Source: a phage
Length of the DNA stretch: 40,530 nucleotides
Sequence record: PZ513997.1
Direction: 5' to 3' (one strand)
Shown: one piece after another, positions 26,377-37,803 of the stretch
How positions within the stretch are numbered: position 1 is the stretch's first letter
Layout of the letters: each line of letters begins with the position of its first letter
Program-made: the position numbers and the translations under genes
Notes under the pieces: model-generated
Databases searched by the model: none
Seen by the model: the letters and a program-made list of their open reading frames with translations, nothing else
What the model was told of the DNA's origin: nothing

Positions 26377-26931
26377 ATGCGTCTTATCGATGCAGTGAAC
26401 GTAACATTAGAAGCTCTGGGTGAATCTAGAGCTGTAGACTTGAACAGTAGCAATCCCTCAGTAGGCTTAGCTAAAGCAGCTATCGAGCGTACTCGACGTG
26501 GGGTGCTCAGTACCGGTCACTGGTTTAACGTGATTGAACGTGAAGTAGTACCAGCTCAGACAGGTCGTATCAGTATCCCGTGGAAGCAACTGGCTATCTA
26601 TGGTATTGACGGTAAGAAGTATTCCGAGCGTGATGGTATTCTCTACGACTTAGTAGAGCAGACTAATAGATTCGAACAGCCTGTTAAGCTGCGTGTAGTA
26701 CTGGACTTTGACTTCGAGGATTTACCAGAGCACGCTGCATTATGGATTGCGTATGAATCCGCAGCTCAGGTATACTCTAACGACTTAGGTGCAGATGCTA
26801 CCTATCAGATTCTAACTCAACAGGCGCGTGAGTACGAAGCGCTTACCCTGCGTGAGCATTTACGCAATCAGCGGTACAGTACTGCGCGTACTCGTAACTC
26901 AGGCCGCATTCGTTATGGCTTCCGTATCTAG
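26377..26931 (+). CDS. tail tubular protein A, T7 gp11-like
   Basis: 184 aa. N-terminus 'MRLIDAVNVTLEALGE...' follows the pattern of T7 gp11 '[26 protein letters not shown]'. Position matches. Confidence 0.65.
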   Translation: MRLIDAVNVTLEALGESRAVDLNSSNPSVGLAKAAIERTRRGVLSTGHWFNVIEREVVPAQTGRISIPWKQLAIYGIDGKKYSERDGILYDLVEQTNRFEQPVKLRVVLDFDFEDLPEHAALWIAYESAAQVYSNDLGADATYQILTQQAREYEALTLREHLRNQRYSTARTRNSGRIRYGFRI

Positions 26932-29265
26932 ATGGCTACAAGACCTAGCTCTAACGCATTAGAAGGTACTATCCCTAGCTTACTGCAAGGGGTCTCTCAG
27001 CAGATTCCACGTGAGCGTAAGCCCGGTCAGTTAGGTTCTCAAGTGAACATGCTATCTGACCCCGTTACCGGTATCCGTCGAAGACCTGCTGCTAAGCTGC
27101 TTCAGGACGCTACAGGTATTCCAGCGCCATTAACAGGTAAGCTATTTACTGCTTACGTAGAGCGTGGTACTGACGGCAGACATCTACTGATTGACACTAC
27201 TAACGGTAACTGGTGGCTTCTGGCTAAGAATACCGGCAGCATAGTTAACCGTGGTAATAGTCCGTATCTGATTGCTAGTATAGGCGCGGTATCCATTCAG
27301 ACTGCCAGTGTAGGTGGGTTAACTTACATCCTTAATACCGAGCAGAGGCCTGTTACTAACATTAATAATGGCAATAAACAGAACCCCGCTAACACAGGCT
27401 TTGCCAGAGTACTGACAGGTGGCTTTAATAAACAGTGGACTCTTAATGTATACGCTAATGGAACTGTTTACACCAGCAGCTTCTATCAGAGTCAGGATGA
27501 TATAGCAGGTTCCACTGCTGCTGCTATAGCTGGTAAGTGGCGTGATGGGTTACAATCTCAGATGCCAGCAAACTCAGTGTTTGTGCAGGGTAGTTCTATA
27601 TTCGTTAGAGGTACGAACGTATCTGTAGAGACTGATGCAGGTACTGCATATGCACTTACTTCTGGACAGTCTCGGGTAAATCAGGAAACTGACCTACCAG
27701 CAGTACTACCAGCAACAGCAGACGGTGCACTATGCGCAGTAGGTCAAGCAGGGGCAGATAGTACTTGGTATCAGTACGATTACTCTAAACGTAGCTGGAT
27801 TGAGACTGGTGCTTATAATAGCATAAGCAGCGTTACTAACGTACCTTTAGAATTGGCAGTAGATGATAATATTATCGAACGCCCTTTCGAAGGTAGGCTC
27901 TCAGGAGATGACGAAACTAACGCAGACCCTTACTTCATTACCAACGGTTACTTCACAGGTATTGCGGCATTTCAAGGGCGGCTAGTACTACTGTCTGGTG
28001 CAGGTATTACATTCTCAGCGTCAGGCCTGTATCAGCGCTACTATCGAAGCACAGTAACCTCACTGTTGGATACTGACCGTATAGATATTGCGGCAGCATC
28101 TGCGCAGGACTCTGTGTTCCGCACAGCCTTACAGTTCAACCGAGATTTAACTATCTTTGGTGACAGTATGCAGGCAGTAGTACCGGGCGGTGGTGCGTTA
28201 ACCCCTACAAACGCAAGCGTAACATTAACGTCAGAGTTCTCGAGTGACAGTCGGGTTGTGCCAATTGTCGCAGGTCAGACTATCCTCTACCCGAACCGTA
28301 GGAACGAAGGTTATGCAGGAGTGCTTGAGTTCTTGCCAAGTCCTTACACTGCCAGTCAGTACACTACGCAGGATGCTACTGCGCACCTGCCCCGTTATAT
28401 ACCGGGCCGTATCATGAAGATGGTACTTAGCTCCGTAACTAACATAGGATTTATTCAGTACAGCGGTGAGCGTAACGCACTGCTTGTGCACGAGTATCTC
28501 TGGACGGGTGATGGCAAGGCGCAGGCTGCTTGGCATAAGTGGACGTTCAAACAAGAAGTACTGAGCGTGCATAGTCAATCAGAAGTAATGTACTTGTTTA
28601 CACGTAACCCTAGCTCAGGTGAAGTACAGGTCCAGACTATTGACCCCCGCGAAGGGTTTGTAGCTGATGGCTTGTACGAAGTTCCATACCTAGATGCGCG
28701 TACCTTAATGAGCGTACAAGGCGGTCAGTTCACAGTTCCAGCGCATTTACGCGGCTCTGATTACATGCAAGACCTTGCGTTAGCATATCCAGAGACTAGT
28801 GGATTAGCAGGTGATAATGTTGGCATTCTATCCTATGACGGAGATACAGGTAAGGTAGTAAGAGGTGTTCCAGATGGTAACTATTATATAGGCTTCCGTA
28901 TTCCGAGCAGCTTTACTATTACCCCGCCTATGATAAAGGACGCTAACGATAACTTGGTAGGTTCTGGGCATGTACGCCTGTTGCGTCTAGATGCAGCTGC
29001 GCGTAAGTCCGGTGTATTCTATGTAGAGGTCAAGGACACTGCCAGAGGTGTAGATAATGATAATCTATACTCAGGGCTGTTACTGAACTCACGAGAACTT
29101 GCGCCTGACCTAGCTCCTAGATTTGAACTAGGTAACGTTATAATCCCTTGCAGGACTAACTCCGATACTACTGAGGTTACTTTCAGTACTCGAGATACGT
29201 TAGAAATGAACATACTGGATATCTCGTATATCCTTAAATACAGTCCACGTCGTAGACGTATATAA
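26932..29265 (+). CDS. tail tubular protein B, T7 gp12-like
   Basis: 777 aa (T7 gp12 is 794 aa), directly after gp11-like gene. Confidence 0.7.
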   Translation: MATRPSSNALEGTIPSLLQGVSQQIPRERKPGQLGSQVNMLSDPVTGIRRRPAAKLLQDATGIPAPLTGKLFTAYVERGTDGRHLLIDTTNGNWWLLAKNTGSIVNRGNSPYLIASIGAVSIQTASVGGLTYILNTEQRPVTNINNGNKQNPANTGFARVLTGGFNKQWTLNVYANGTVYTSSFYQSQDDIAGSTAAAIAGKWRDGLQSQMPANSVFVQGSSIFVRGTNVSVETDAGTAYALTSGQSRVNQETDLPAVLPATADGALCAVGQAGADSTWYQYDYSKRSWIETGAYNSISSVTNVPLELAVDDNIIERPFEGRLSGDDETNADPYFITNGYFTGIAAFQGRLVLLSGAGITFSASGLYQRYYRSTVTSLLDTDRIDIAAASAQDSVFRTALQFNRDLTIFGDSMQAVVPGGGALTPTNASVTLTSEFSSDSRVVPIVAGQTILYPNRRNEGYAGVLEFLPSPYTASQYTTQDATAHLPRYIPGRIMKMVLSSVTNIGFIQYSGERNALLVHEYLWTGDGKAQAAWHKWTFKQEVLSVHSQSEVMYLFTRNPSSGEVQVQTIDPREGFVADGLYEVPYLDARTLMSVQGGQFTVPAHLRGSDYMQDLALAYPETSGLAGDNVGILSYDGDTGKVVRGVPDGNYYIGFRIPSSFTITPPMIKDANDNLVGSGHVRLLRLDAAARKSGVFYVEVKDTARGVDNDNLYSGLLLNSRELAPDLAPRFELGNVIIPCRTNSDTTEVTFSTRDTLEMNILDISYILKYSPRRRRI

Positions 29266-29832
29266 ATGTGGCAGTACGTAGCAGCACAAGCCGCCGCTTC
29301 GCTGTTCCAGATTGGCGGCCAAATTGAAGCGCAGGTTGAGCAGTCTAAAGCGGTACAGGCTCAGCTGGCTAAAGGCATAAGCCAATTAAACTTACAGCGC
29401 AGTCAGTCAAGACGGCAGACTAGCGCTGCCTTATTCAACGTTCAACAAGGTAAGCAGCAAGCACTGTCTCAGGTAGGCCTACAGGCCGCAGCCTCGGATA
29501 CTGTAGGTGCAAGCGTCAGGGACGCAGTTGCTACAGTTAACGTACAAACAGACCGTCAGGATACTGCGGTACGTGCTCAGCAGCTGGCACAGGAGCAAGG
29601 CTTCTTCCAGCAGGCAGAGGTACTTATTCAGAATGCTAGGGCTAATACTCCTCAGCAGTCAGGTCAAGATATTGTATTCAACGCTGCACTGTCTATTGCA
29701 GGTAAGGCAGCAGGCTCCGCAGCAGCAGACGGGGTACTTGGGGATAGTGATATTCTAGGCTCCTTAGGGGAGTTCGGGCAATCTCTTAGTGGTACATACC
29801 AATCGTGGAAAAGTTATTTAGGTGGTGAGTAA
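29266..29832 (+). CDS. internal virion protein, gp14-like
   Basis: 188 aa, Ala/Gln-rich, first of three consecutive ORFs of increasing size that mirror T7 gp14/gp15/gp16. Confidence 0.5.
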   Translation: MWQYVAAQAAASLFQIGGQIEAQVEQSKAVQAQLAKGISQLNLQRSQSRRQTSAALFNVQQGKQQALSQVGLQAAASDTVGASVRDAVATVNVQTDRQDTAVRAQQLAQEQGFFQQAEVLIQNARANTPQQSGQDIVFNAALSIAGKAAGSAAADGVLGDSDILGSLGEFGQSLSGTYQSWKSYLGGE

Positions 29833-32523
29833 ATGCCGATTAATCCGCAGCGTCAGGGGCTTAACTTAAGTCCTGTACAATTACAAGCTACACAGCAGAA
29901 CTTTCAAACAGGTATTGGTGCAGCAGCTGTAGATGAATCAGGTCAGGCGCGTAGTGCTGCTATCAGTAAGTTCCTTAGTGATGCTGTAGGCGGCTTCCAA
30001 GAACAGGCTCAAGTATACGGTGCTAAGGCAGCGGTACAAGGTGCTCTAGATGCTCAGAATGCTGTTAATACAGCAGCCGAGAAGGATGAGCGTGTAAAAC
30101 AGCAGAACTTCCTATTACGTGACTCCTACGAGTCTGGGTATGTATCTGCCGCAGTAAGTCGTGAGCTAACTGATTGGCGTACATCTGCACTGCAACGCGC
30201 ACAGGAAGCAGCGGCTAATGGCCTATCTGACGATGAGTTCAGATTGCAGGAGCAGGAGAGTACTGCTAAGTTCTCAGACCAACTAAGCAAGTGGCTTCCT
30301 TCACTGGATAAGCAGGCTGCTATAGCTACGCTTGAACAGGTACGTACATCCAGTGCAGCGAACTTCACAGCATTTCAAGAGAACCGTGCTAAGGTTGCAC
30401 GCGCTAAAGCTGATACTACTCTGGACCAGAACCTGACAGCCTCGGGGCAAGAGTTCTTTACTCGTGTACAGGAAGGTAACGTTGCAGCGGCTGACTTAGC
30501 TATCGTCTCTGGTATGGGTGCTGTACTTGGCGCTAATCATCTGGATAAGGATGACAAGATTGCTAAGGTTAAGGACTACCTTGTTAGCGTAGCTCAGAAC
30601 ACAGATGACCCTTTGGTTATCGACCGCCTTCAGAAGATTGCTACTGAGCAGCTAGGCATTAACTCCGTAGACGTTAACAAGGCACTGCTGTCTGAGTTTA
30701 AACGCGCTGGTAATCAGATGGAAGCATCTGTGCGCTTTAATATCGCTGACCAGCTAGAGTCCCTTAAAGGTGCATCTCCTGAGCAGCAGGAAGCTACATT
30801 AGCCCGCATTCGTTCAGATGTACAACGTTACGGACAACTGGGCGTATTAGGTGCAGGTACTCAGCTCGACATCTGGGCTAGTGCTAGTAAGGTACGTGAT
30901 GAGGCTGCTGATAAGTATGCGTTCCAAGTAGCGCTTGATACTAAGCAACCGTCAGCAGTACTAGCAGGCATGTACGGGGGGGATGTAGACAAGGCCCGTA
31001 AGGCTATTGAAAATAACTTCCCAGATGACCCTACAGGTAACGCTAACTTGTTACAGTATGGTAAGACTGCTAAAGATGCATTCATCGTACAGCGTGCGCA
31101 TGAACGTACTTCTAAGTTAATGGCAGATACCTTAGCCTCTCTGGACAGTCTAGGTGAGGACGGCACTGTATCAGCAGCTAACAACGCAGCTATTGCGTCT
31201 TGGGTGCAGTTCTACCAATCCGGCGGTGACTTAGACCGCGTAAGTCTTAGCTCTGCTGTCCCTGAAGAGTACCGTGGTATTATCCAACGTGCTGCTGCTC
31301 AAGGTCAGTCTAACGCCAGTAATATCATTCTGGATGATGTACGTCGCCTTGCACGCAATAAGGCTAGCGGTCGTTACGATAACCTCCCAGCTAATCCCCC
31401 TGAAGCTGCTATTGATGCAGAGTCTACAGCTAACTGGTTCAGCTTCGGCGATACTGCTGATGCTCAACGTACAGAAGGCCGTGTAGCATTGCAGGAAGAA
31501 TACAAAGCGCTTTACCGCTCTAACCCTGAGCTGCTTGTTGGTAAATCCCCGGAGGATATTAACACGCTTCTTAAGGGGAATATCCAATCTCGTAAGATTG
31601 AGGTAGAAGTAGCAGGTAAGCCACGTCACGTATATCTTCCGGCAGGTACTAAGATTCAGGACTTCATGGGTTCTTACCGAGGTGACGCTGAGCAGTTCCG
31701 TACTGCGTTAAGCCAGCAGATTCAGGTTAGCGTAGATGCCGTAGCAGACCCTTCTAAGGTAGACCGTGTAATCGTCCAAGCTGGTACAGCTGGTGCTCAG
31801 GCTCAGAATCTTACAGCTACTGTTATTACTACCGATGGTATCATGCAGAACATTAGCATTGATAACGAGCAGGTACAGCAGCTAGCACAGCAAGGTTATA
31901 ATGAAGCCTTAGCAGGCGGTATCAAGATTGGCGAACAGGCTATAGGCTCACGTCCTGCTACCTTCTGGGATGCAGACAACGGTAGGACTATTAGCTTGAA
32001 CGTTAACGGTAAGAACAGCGTAGGACTTCCTCCTGCTGTGTATTCTGATATCATTGCTACTACTGCCCAGTTCGAAGGATTCCGCGCTACTAAAGCTAAG
32101 GGTTCTGTGGGCTTCGGTCTGCATGATAACTCTGGACTCCCTGTACCTGATAAGCTGACTCCTGAGCAAGGTGTAGAGTTATTGAAAGGTGCTATGGAGA
32201 AGCAGTACATTCCAGCAGTGCAGAAGCAGCTGAAAGGGATTACTCAAGACCCTAGCGCTTTGAAAGTACTGGTTGACTTGAACTATCATGGCGGTAACGG
32301 CAGCTCTATGCCTGTAGCAGATGTTCTGCGTAAGCTCAAGGATGCTAATAAGTCTCCTGTAGGTTATGCTAATAATAACGCTGATAGCTTTGATACTCAG
32401 GCTGTAGTAGGGTTGAACGTACTGAAACAACAGCCAGCTTATAAACAGGCTCAGGCTAGTCGTAAGAAGTACCTAGAGACTAACTACTGGCAAGCAGTGC
32501 AAGCAGTCCGTTTAGGTCAGTAA
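29833..32523 (+). CDS. internal virion protein, gp15-like
   Basis: 896 aa, Ala/Gln-rich and predicted helical, in the gp15 position. Confidence 0.55.
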   Translation: MPINPQRQGLNLSPVQLQATQQNFQTGIGAAAVDESGQARSAAISKFLSDAVGGFQEQAQVYGAKAAVQGALDAQNAVNTAAEKDERVKQQNFLLRDSYESGYVSAAVSRELTDWRTSALQRAQEAAANGLSDDEFRLQEQESTAKFSDQLSKWLPSLDKQAAIATLEQVRTSSAANFTAFQENRAKVARAKADTTLDQNLTASGQEFFTRVQEGNVAAADLAIVSGMGAVLGANHLDKDDKIAKVKDYLVSVAQNTDDPLVIDRLQKIATEQLGINSVDVNKALLSEFKRAGNQMEASVRFNIADQLESLKGASPEQQEATLARIRSDVQRYGQLGVLGAGTQLDIWASASKVRDEAADKYAFQVALDTKQPSAVLAGMYGGDVDKARKAIENNFPDDPTGNANLLQYGKTAKDAFIVQRAHERTSKLMADTLASLDSLGEDGTVSAANNAAIASWVQFYQSGGDLDRVSLSSAVPEEYRGIIQRAAAQGQSNASNIILDDVRRLARNKASGRYDNLPANPPEAAIDAESTANWFSFGDTADAQRTEGRVALQEEYKALYRSNPELLVGKSPEDINTLLKGNIQSRKIEVEVAGKPRHVYLPAGTKIQDFMGSYRGDAEQFRTALSQQIQVSVDAVADPSKVDRVIVQAGTAGAQAQNLTATVITTDGIMQNISIDNEQVQQLAQQGYNEALAGGIKIGEQAIGSRPATFWDADNGRTISLNVNGKNSVGLPPAVYSDIIATTAQFEGFRATKAKGSVGFGLHDNSGLPVPDKLTPEQGVELLKGAMEKQYIPAVQKQLKGITQDPSALKVLVDLNYHGGNGSSMPVADVLRKLKDANKSPVGYANNNADSFDTQAVVGLNVLKQQPAYKQAQASRKKYLETNYWQAVQAVRLGQ

Positions 32524-35500
32524 ATGGCTCAGTTCCTGAATCAAGAAGCTAACCCCGCAATAAAGGATTCTGCTAAAGGTGATACCCTAGTAGAAGTACA
32601 GCAACCTCAAGAGACTGTCCGTTGGAATGATGCTACTGACTTAGGTGCATCTGCACTTGAACGTGCATCTTTAACAGCACAAGCTAAGACTCCAGCTGTA
32701 ACAGCAGGCGAGTCCTTCATGGCTGGTGTAGGTAACTCTATTGTTGCTGCTTCATTACGTAAAGCATTCTCCCCTGACTTCCCTACTGACACATCCTTTA
32801 AACCTATTGAGATGCTTCAGAAGGATAATCGTACTCGTATCTATACTCCTAATCAGGAAGAGATTGAGTACTTACAAGGTTCAGTATCATTAGAAGACTA
32901 TAACTACCGCATTGAGCAGATGCTTGAACAGCGTGAGCGTGATCAGACAGCAGGGGCTAACCTTATCTCTGGTATTGCAGGCTCCGTTATCGGTGATGCT
33001 CCTACACTGCTAGCTCCGTTTGCAGCTGCTGGCGTAGCAGGCCGTGCAGGTCTAGCGGTCCGTTCAGCTATCCGTGCAGCAGACGTAGGTTCAGCTTACT
33101 ATGCACAGGACCAGCTGGGACAGTCCGAAGGTATTACCGCATTAGTAGCAGCAGTATCAGGTGTAGACCAGCTGTTCGATATTCGTAAGGCAGTTAACGC
33201 AAGACGCGCTGTTCAACGTACTGTCGCAGGTGCAACGGAAGACGTAGCCGATACTGCAGCTAACAACGCTGTAGATGCAAGTACTGGTACTACTCGTGGC
33301 AGTACTCGTACAGAAATGCAGTTCGATGAAGCTGCTCCTACTAAGCGCACAGCTCCAGACTCGGATGCCTTTACTACTAAGATTGATTCCTTAGAATCTA
33401 CCCCGCTTAAGAAACCTATTCGTATCCTGAAAGGTCAGCAGGCTCGTGTAAGTGTACGCGCAAGTGACGTTACTAAGAACCTGTTAGCACGCGATGTACT
33501 GGACGAAGGCCAGAAGGCATTGCTGCGCTCGCTGGACGGTATTATCGATGATGTACCTGTACACCTCGTAGGTGACACTAACATCTCTAGCCGTTATAAT
33601 CTGGCTAACAATGCAGTTACCCTGCGTGCCTCTAAGAAAGGTCCCCGTACTTGGAACACCTACGGAGATGCTATTAATGGTCTGGATTCTAATACTGCTA
33701 AAATTGCTGTGCATGAGCTTATACACGCTGCTACTGTACGCGCTATTCAGTCAGGTACTCCAGAGGCATTGGAAGCTACCGCTAACCTTACTCGTATTCG
33801 CGAGCAGCTTCTTACTAGCCCTAATCTTAATGCGCGTATGCGTTACAGTCTGAGCAGTAACGAAGAGTTGCTTGCAGGTCTTGCAGATGATAAAGGTCTG
33901 GTTAATCTTCTGCGTAATACTGAAGTAGAAGGTGCTAGCGCTATTCGTCGTATTGCCCAAACTATCCTTAAAGCATTAGGTGCTAAGGTAGAAGGTAATG
34001 CCCTAAACGCTGTGCTTGATTCCTATGACGCACTTCTAGATGTAGCTGCTAAAGAACGTGGTGTTACTCGCTATAAATCTCAGGCGTTCTCTGAGTATGG
34101 TGAGTTCGCCGATACAGCTAATGGCGCAGTTAAGCAGCTGGATACCTTTAAGAAGACGTTCGCCCGTAGCTTCAGCCTGTACGATAACATTGCCGAGGGT
34201 TCTAAAGAACTAGCAGACTTGTTAGTATCTGACGGTGCAGCAGTAGGTGCTCGTCGCCCTTCAGTAGCTGATTATAAGCGTAACCTTCAGTTAGAACTGG
34301 ACGGTGCTGCTTCTGTGGTTGAGAAGGCTATTGTCGACTCACTGCGCGCAGATGGTATTGGTTTACTGGATGCGTTCTTGCAACGTAACAAGTTCAAAGC
34401 TGCCCGTCGTGAGCGTGAGTCTAAACTTGCACAGTACCTTGACCAAGCATACTCAGCGGAGACAGCAGGTCGCGAGATTCCTACCCCTCCGCAGGATATC
34501 GCCCCATTAGTTAAGGCTTACGTAGATTCTGAGTGGGCTACTAAATGGTATGACCATCTCCAGAAGTCTGGACTGGTTGAGGTGGATTCTCAGATTAAGC
34601 GCAGTCCTTACTACTTCCCACGCTCGTACAGCTACGACGCTATTCGTCAGCAGATTAATACTGGTGCTCGTCAGGCTTCTGACTACCGTGACCTGTTCCG
34701 TCAAGCCCTGCGTGATATCTATCCCGATATGACAGCTGAGGTTGCTGGTCGTGTAGCTCGTGAGATGTTCGAAAGCATCTATAACGGGAAGTCTAAACAG
34801 ACCGGTCCAGCATGGCGTAGTATTCTGGGGGGTGTAGGCAACGAAGTTATCGTTGATGCAATGCGTGCAGCAGGCGTAGCAGACGACCAGATTCGTAACT
34901 TCCTTACTACTAACGTAGCACGTGAAGCGACTCAGACGTCTCGGGTTAAGAACCTGCGTACCCGTAACCGCTTTGACTTGCAGAAGGAATATGTAGTTAA
35001 CGGTCAGGCTATGCGCATGGCTGACATTCTGGATACCGACGTGGCTAAGCAGATGCAAGGTTATACTAACCGCGTATCAGGCCGTGTAGCATTTGCATAC
35101 GCAGGTGTAACTGACCTGAATGCACTGGAAGGTATGATTAACGCAGCTAAGTCTACAGTACGCGATCCAGACCGTTATCAGAAGCATGTAGACGATACTA
35201 TCGACTTCATGGTAGGTGCACCTGTTCAAGGTTCAGAAGTACCGGAGATATTCCGTGCAGCTGGCAACCTTGCTAACGCCACTGTACTTAAGAACTCCGG
35301 TTTGTATCAGTTGGCAGATACTGCGCTAGCTATGAAAGAGTTTGGGATGGCCCGAGTACTTCGCAGCATGAAGAAAGAGAAGTGGTGGAAGGAAGCTACA
35401 GCGGTCGCTAAAGATGCTAGTCAATCCGCCCGTCTTGATTCTATCCTGCGCGGCAGTATTCAGAAGGAACTTCGGTTCCGTTGGTTGAACTCTTATGCTG

Positions 35501-36294
35501 ATGACAACTTAGACCTTACCCGTAGTTCTCGCTGGTTCAACATTACGCAGAACATCGGTCAGGCTGCACGTCACGTAAACGGTATGGGTCTGGTGCATCG
35601 TCTTCAGACTAACGTTAACGCAGGTATCGTAATGGACGAGCTTAAGCTCATGCTGAACGGCGATGCAGAAGCTACTAAGCGTTTACAGCGTTGGGGTCTT
35701 GACCCTGAACTTGCTAAGCGTATGCAAGCTGCTGCTAGTCCTGATGTAGATGCTTTACTGCCAGATGACTTACAGCTTCAGCTAGAGATTATTGGTACTC
35801 GTCTAATGGATCATGTTATCCAGCAGATTCGTGTAGGTGAGACTTCTCACTTTGCACAGTTCAGTCCAGTAGGTCGCGTAGTAGTTGGTTACGGTAGCTT
35901 TGCTGTAGCTGGTACTAACAAGATTCTACGTCGTGAGTACCGTGATAACGGCTGGATTGGCTTAGCACACCTTGCTGCGTATCAGTTCCCTTTGATGTAC
36001 CTTATTACTCAAGCACGTTTATCTGCTGATGGTAGGAAGGAATCAGAAGGTAAGATTATTGCAGAGGCTGTTAAAGCTATGAGCATCCTAGGCGGGTTCA
36101 GCTTCGTAACTGGTATCTTCGACGATCAAACCCCTAAACATAGCCTGACCGCTACTGGTTATGCTATGAACATCTTAGGCCTGATTCAGAAGGTAGCGGC
36201 AGGTGAAGCAGGCCTTAAAGACGTGTCCCGCAGCCTCCCGCTGTTGCAGGAGTTCATGCCGACCCGTGCAATCATTAATAACTTTGGAGATTAA
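32524..36294 (+). CDS. internal virion protein, gp16-like (ejection/core protein)
   Basis: 1256 aa, largest ORF, immediately before the tail fibre gene, as for T7 gp16 (1318 aa). No lytic transglycosylase motif recognised by eye. Confidence 0.6.
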   Translation: MAQFLNQEANPAIKDSAKGDTLVEVQQPQETVRWNDATDLGASALERASLTAQAKTPAVTAGESFMAGVGNSIVAASLRKAFSPDFPTDTSFKPIEMLQKDNRTRIYTPNQEEIEYLQGSVSLEDYNYRIEQMLEQRERDQTAGANLISGIAGSVIGDAPTLLAPFAAAGVAGRAGLAVRSAIRAADVGSAYYAQDQLGQSEGITALVAAVSGVDQLFDIRKAVNARRAVQRTVAGATEDVADTAANNAVDASTGTTRGSTRTEMQFDEAAPTKRTAPDSDAFTTKIDSLESTPLKKPIRILKGQQARVSVRASDVTKNLLARDVLDEGQKALLRSLDGIIDDVPVHLVGDTNISSRYNLANNAVTLRASKKGPRTWNTYGDAINGLDSNTAKIAVHELIHAATVRAIQSGTPEALEATANLTRIREQLLTSPNLNARMRYSLSSNEELLAGLADDKGLVNLLRNTEVEGASAIRRIAQTILKALGAKVEGNALNAVLDSYDALLDVAAKERGVTRYKSQAFSEYGEFADTANGAVKQLDTFKKTFARSFSLYDNIAEGSKELADLLVSDGAAVGARRPSVADYKRNLQLELDGAASVVEKAIVDSLRADGIGLLDAFLQRNKFKAARRERESKLAQYLDQAYSAETAGREIPTPPQDIAPLVKAYVDSEWATKWYDHLQKSGLVEVDSQIKRSPYYFPRSYSYDAIRQQINTGARQASDYRDLFRQALRDIYPDMTAEVAGRVAREMFESIYNGKSKQTGPAWRSILGGVGNEVIVDAMRAAGVADDQIRNFLTTNVAREATQTSRVKNLRTRNRFDLQKEYVVNGQAMRMADILDTDVAKQMQGYTNRVSGRVAFAYAGVTDLNALEGMINAAKSTVRDPDRYQKHVDDTIDFMVGAPVQGSEVPEIFRAAGNLANATVLKNSGLYQLADTALAMKEFGMARVLRSMKKEKWWKEATAVAKDASQSARLDSILRGSIQKELRFRWLNSYADDNLDLTRSSRWFNITQNIGQAARHVNGMGLVHRLQTNVNAGIVMDELKLMLNGDAEATKRLQRWGLDPELAKRMQAAASPDVDALLPDDLQLQLEIIGTRLMDHVIQQIRVGETSHFAQFSPVGRVVVGYGSFAVAGTNKILRREYRDNGWIGLAHLAAYQFPLMYLITQARLSADGRKESEGKIIAEAVKAMSILGGFSFVTGIFDDQTPKHSLTATGYAMNILGLIQKVAAGEAGLKDVSRSLPLLQEFMPTRAIINNFGD

Positions 36295-37503
36295 ATGGCT
36301 TACAGCTGGCAAGAACAACGCTTGCCAGCGGGAAGTCAGACCGTACCTGTAGAGATTCAGTACCTTGACCGCTCGTACATTCATTTGTACATCAACGAGG
36401 TTGAGGTTACTGACTTTACATGGGGTAGTGATACGCTTATCCGGTTTGACCAAACGCTGGCAGAAGAGTCTACTGTACTACTAGTTCGCCGCACCCCGCG
36501 CGAATACCTGTACCTTATGTTCTCTGAGGGCGCTGCCTTTATTAAAGAGAACTTGGATACACAGAATCGTCAGTTCCTGCATTTAGCTCAGGAGCTTGTA
36601 GAAGGCCGTTCTGTTGACGGTTTCTTCGGTAACATTGATATGAACGGCTATCGGATTGTTAACCTGCGCGCAGGCGAGCAACCGGGGGATGCTGTTAATA
36701 AGGGCCAGTTGGATGCTGAAGCTTTGAGAATATCTGCGTTAGAGAACACATTCGTCTCTCAGACTAATTCTTATCCGTGGTATACTACTGCCACAGAACC
36801 TACAGATATACTTACACCTCCGCTAGTCTTTAATAAAGCATCTGTGTATATTAATGGAGTATGTCAGACCCCAGGCTACAGTTATGAAGTAGTAGCTAAT
36901 ACTATTATGCTGGCTGACCCTATTCCGGCAGGTACACACGTATTTGCACGTTTAGGTGAGGATGTTACGGACCTAGTACCTGACTATGCTACAGGCAGCC
37001 AACTACAGGCAGTAGCCCAACGTACTACGCTAGTAGAAGAAGATATGCAGACTGTGCAAGCATCTATGAATAGTTTGCAATCTGACGTTACTTCTTTAGA
37101 CACCTCTAAGGCGGCTAAAGGTGATGCAGGGCTTGCTCAGTTAGGAGCTACGGCTGTAGGGTCTGCTGTATTTAAAGCAGCTTCACAGGTAGATGCTAGA
37201 GCTGCTATCGGCGCTAATAGCTCACTAAGCCAACAGGCCCAGCAGACTTTTAGAGATGCAGCCACTGGTTTTACTATTAAGATGGGAGTACTCCCAGCTT
37301 CGCTGACTTCCCCTTACACGGTAACATTTGATATTCCGTTTACTGCCTTATTTCAAGTGCAGCTTACAGGCGGCCCTACTACTGGGGAAAGTGCTACAGG
37401 TAACGCGCAGGTTAGTGCACTAGCAGCATCCTCGTTTACCTGTAAAGCAGCAGCAGTAGCAGAGCTACAAGGCTGCTATTGGGTAGCGTATGGTACCAGT
37501 TAA
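36295..37503 (+). CDS. tail fibre protein, T7 gp17 N-terminal-domain-like
   Basis: 402 aa. N-terminal region 'VPVEIQYLDRSYIHLYINEVEVTDFTWGSDTLIRF' follows the pattern of the T7 gp17 tail-attachment domain. Shorter than T7 gp17. Confidence 0.65.
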   Translation: MAYSWQEQRLPAGSQTVPVEIQYLDRSYIHLYINEVEVTDFTWGSDTLIRFDQTLAEESTVLLVRRTPREYLYLMFSEGAAFIKENLDTQNRQFLHLAQELVEGRSVDGFFGNIDMNGYRIVNLRAGEQPGDAVNKGQLDAEALRISALENTFVSQTNSYPWYTTATEPTDILTPPLVFNKASVYINGVCQTPGYSYEVVANTIMLADPIPAGTHVFARLGEDVTDLVPDYATGSQLQAVAQRTTLVEEDMQTVQASMNSLQSDVTSLDTSKAAKGDAGLAQLGATAVGSAVFKAASQVDARAAIGANSSLSQQAQQTFRDAATGFTIKMGVLPASLTSPYTVTFDIPFTALFQVQLTGGPTTGESATGNAQVSALAASSFTCKAAAVAELQGCYWVAYGTS

Positions 37504-37803
37504 ATGGCTAAGGCGGCTACAAAGAGTCGCCTCGCTGAACTGCATAAGATGTTCACCGAGGCACTCATTTCAGAATTACAGCAGGCTAAGGATGAAGAGC
37601 TTCCTATGCCTGCGGCAGATAAATCAGTTATCGCTAACTTCCTAAAGGCTAATAACATTACAGCCGATGCAGACTCTACAGAGATGCAAGAGCTACGTGA
37701 TGAGTTCCAAGATGAGTTGGCAGAGAAACGTAAAGCACGGGCACAGGAACTGTTAGCGAAAGCTGGTGCAGACCCCGAAGACCCATTAGCAGGCATCTTA
37801 TAA
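37504..37803 (+). CDS. terminase small subunit, T7 gp18-like
   Basis: 99 aa, helical and acidic, directly upstream of the large terminase. Confidence 0.5.
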   Translation: MAKAATKSRLAELHKMFTEALISELQQAKDEELPMPAADKSVIANFLKANNITADADSTEMQELRDEFQDELAEKRKARAQELLAKAGADPEDPLAGIL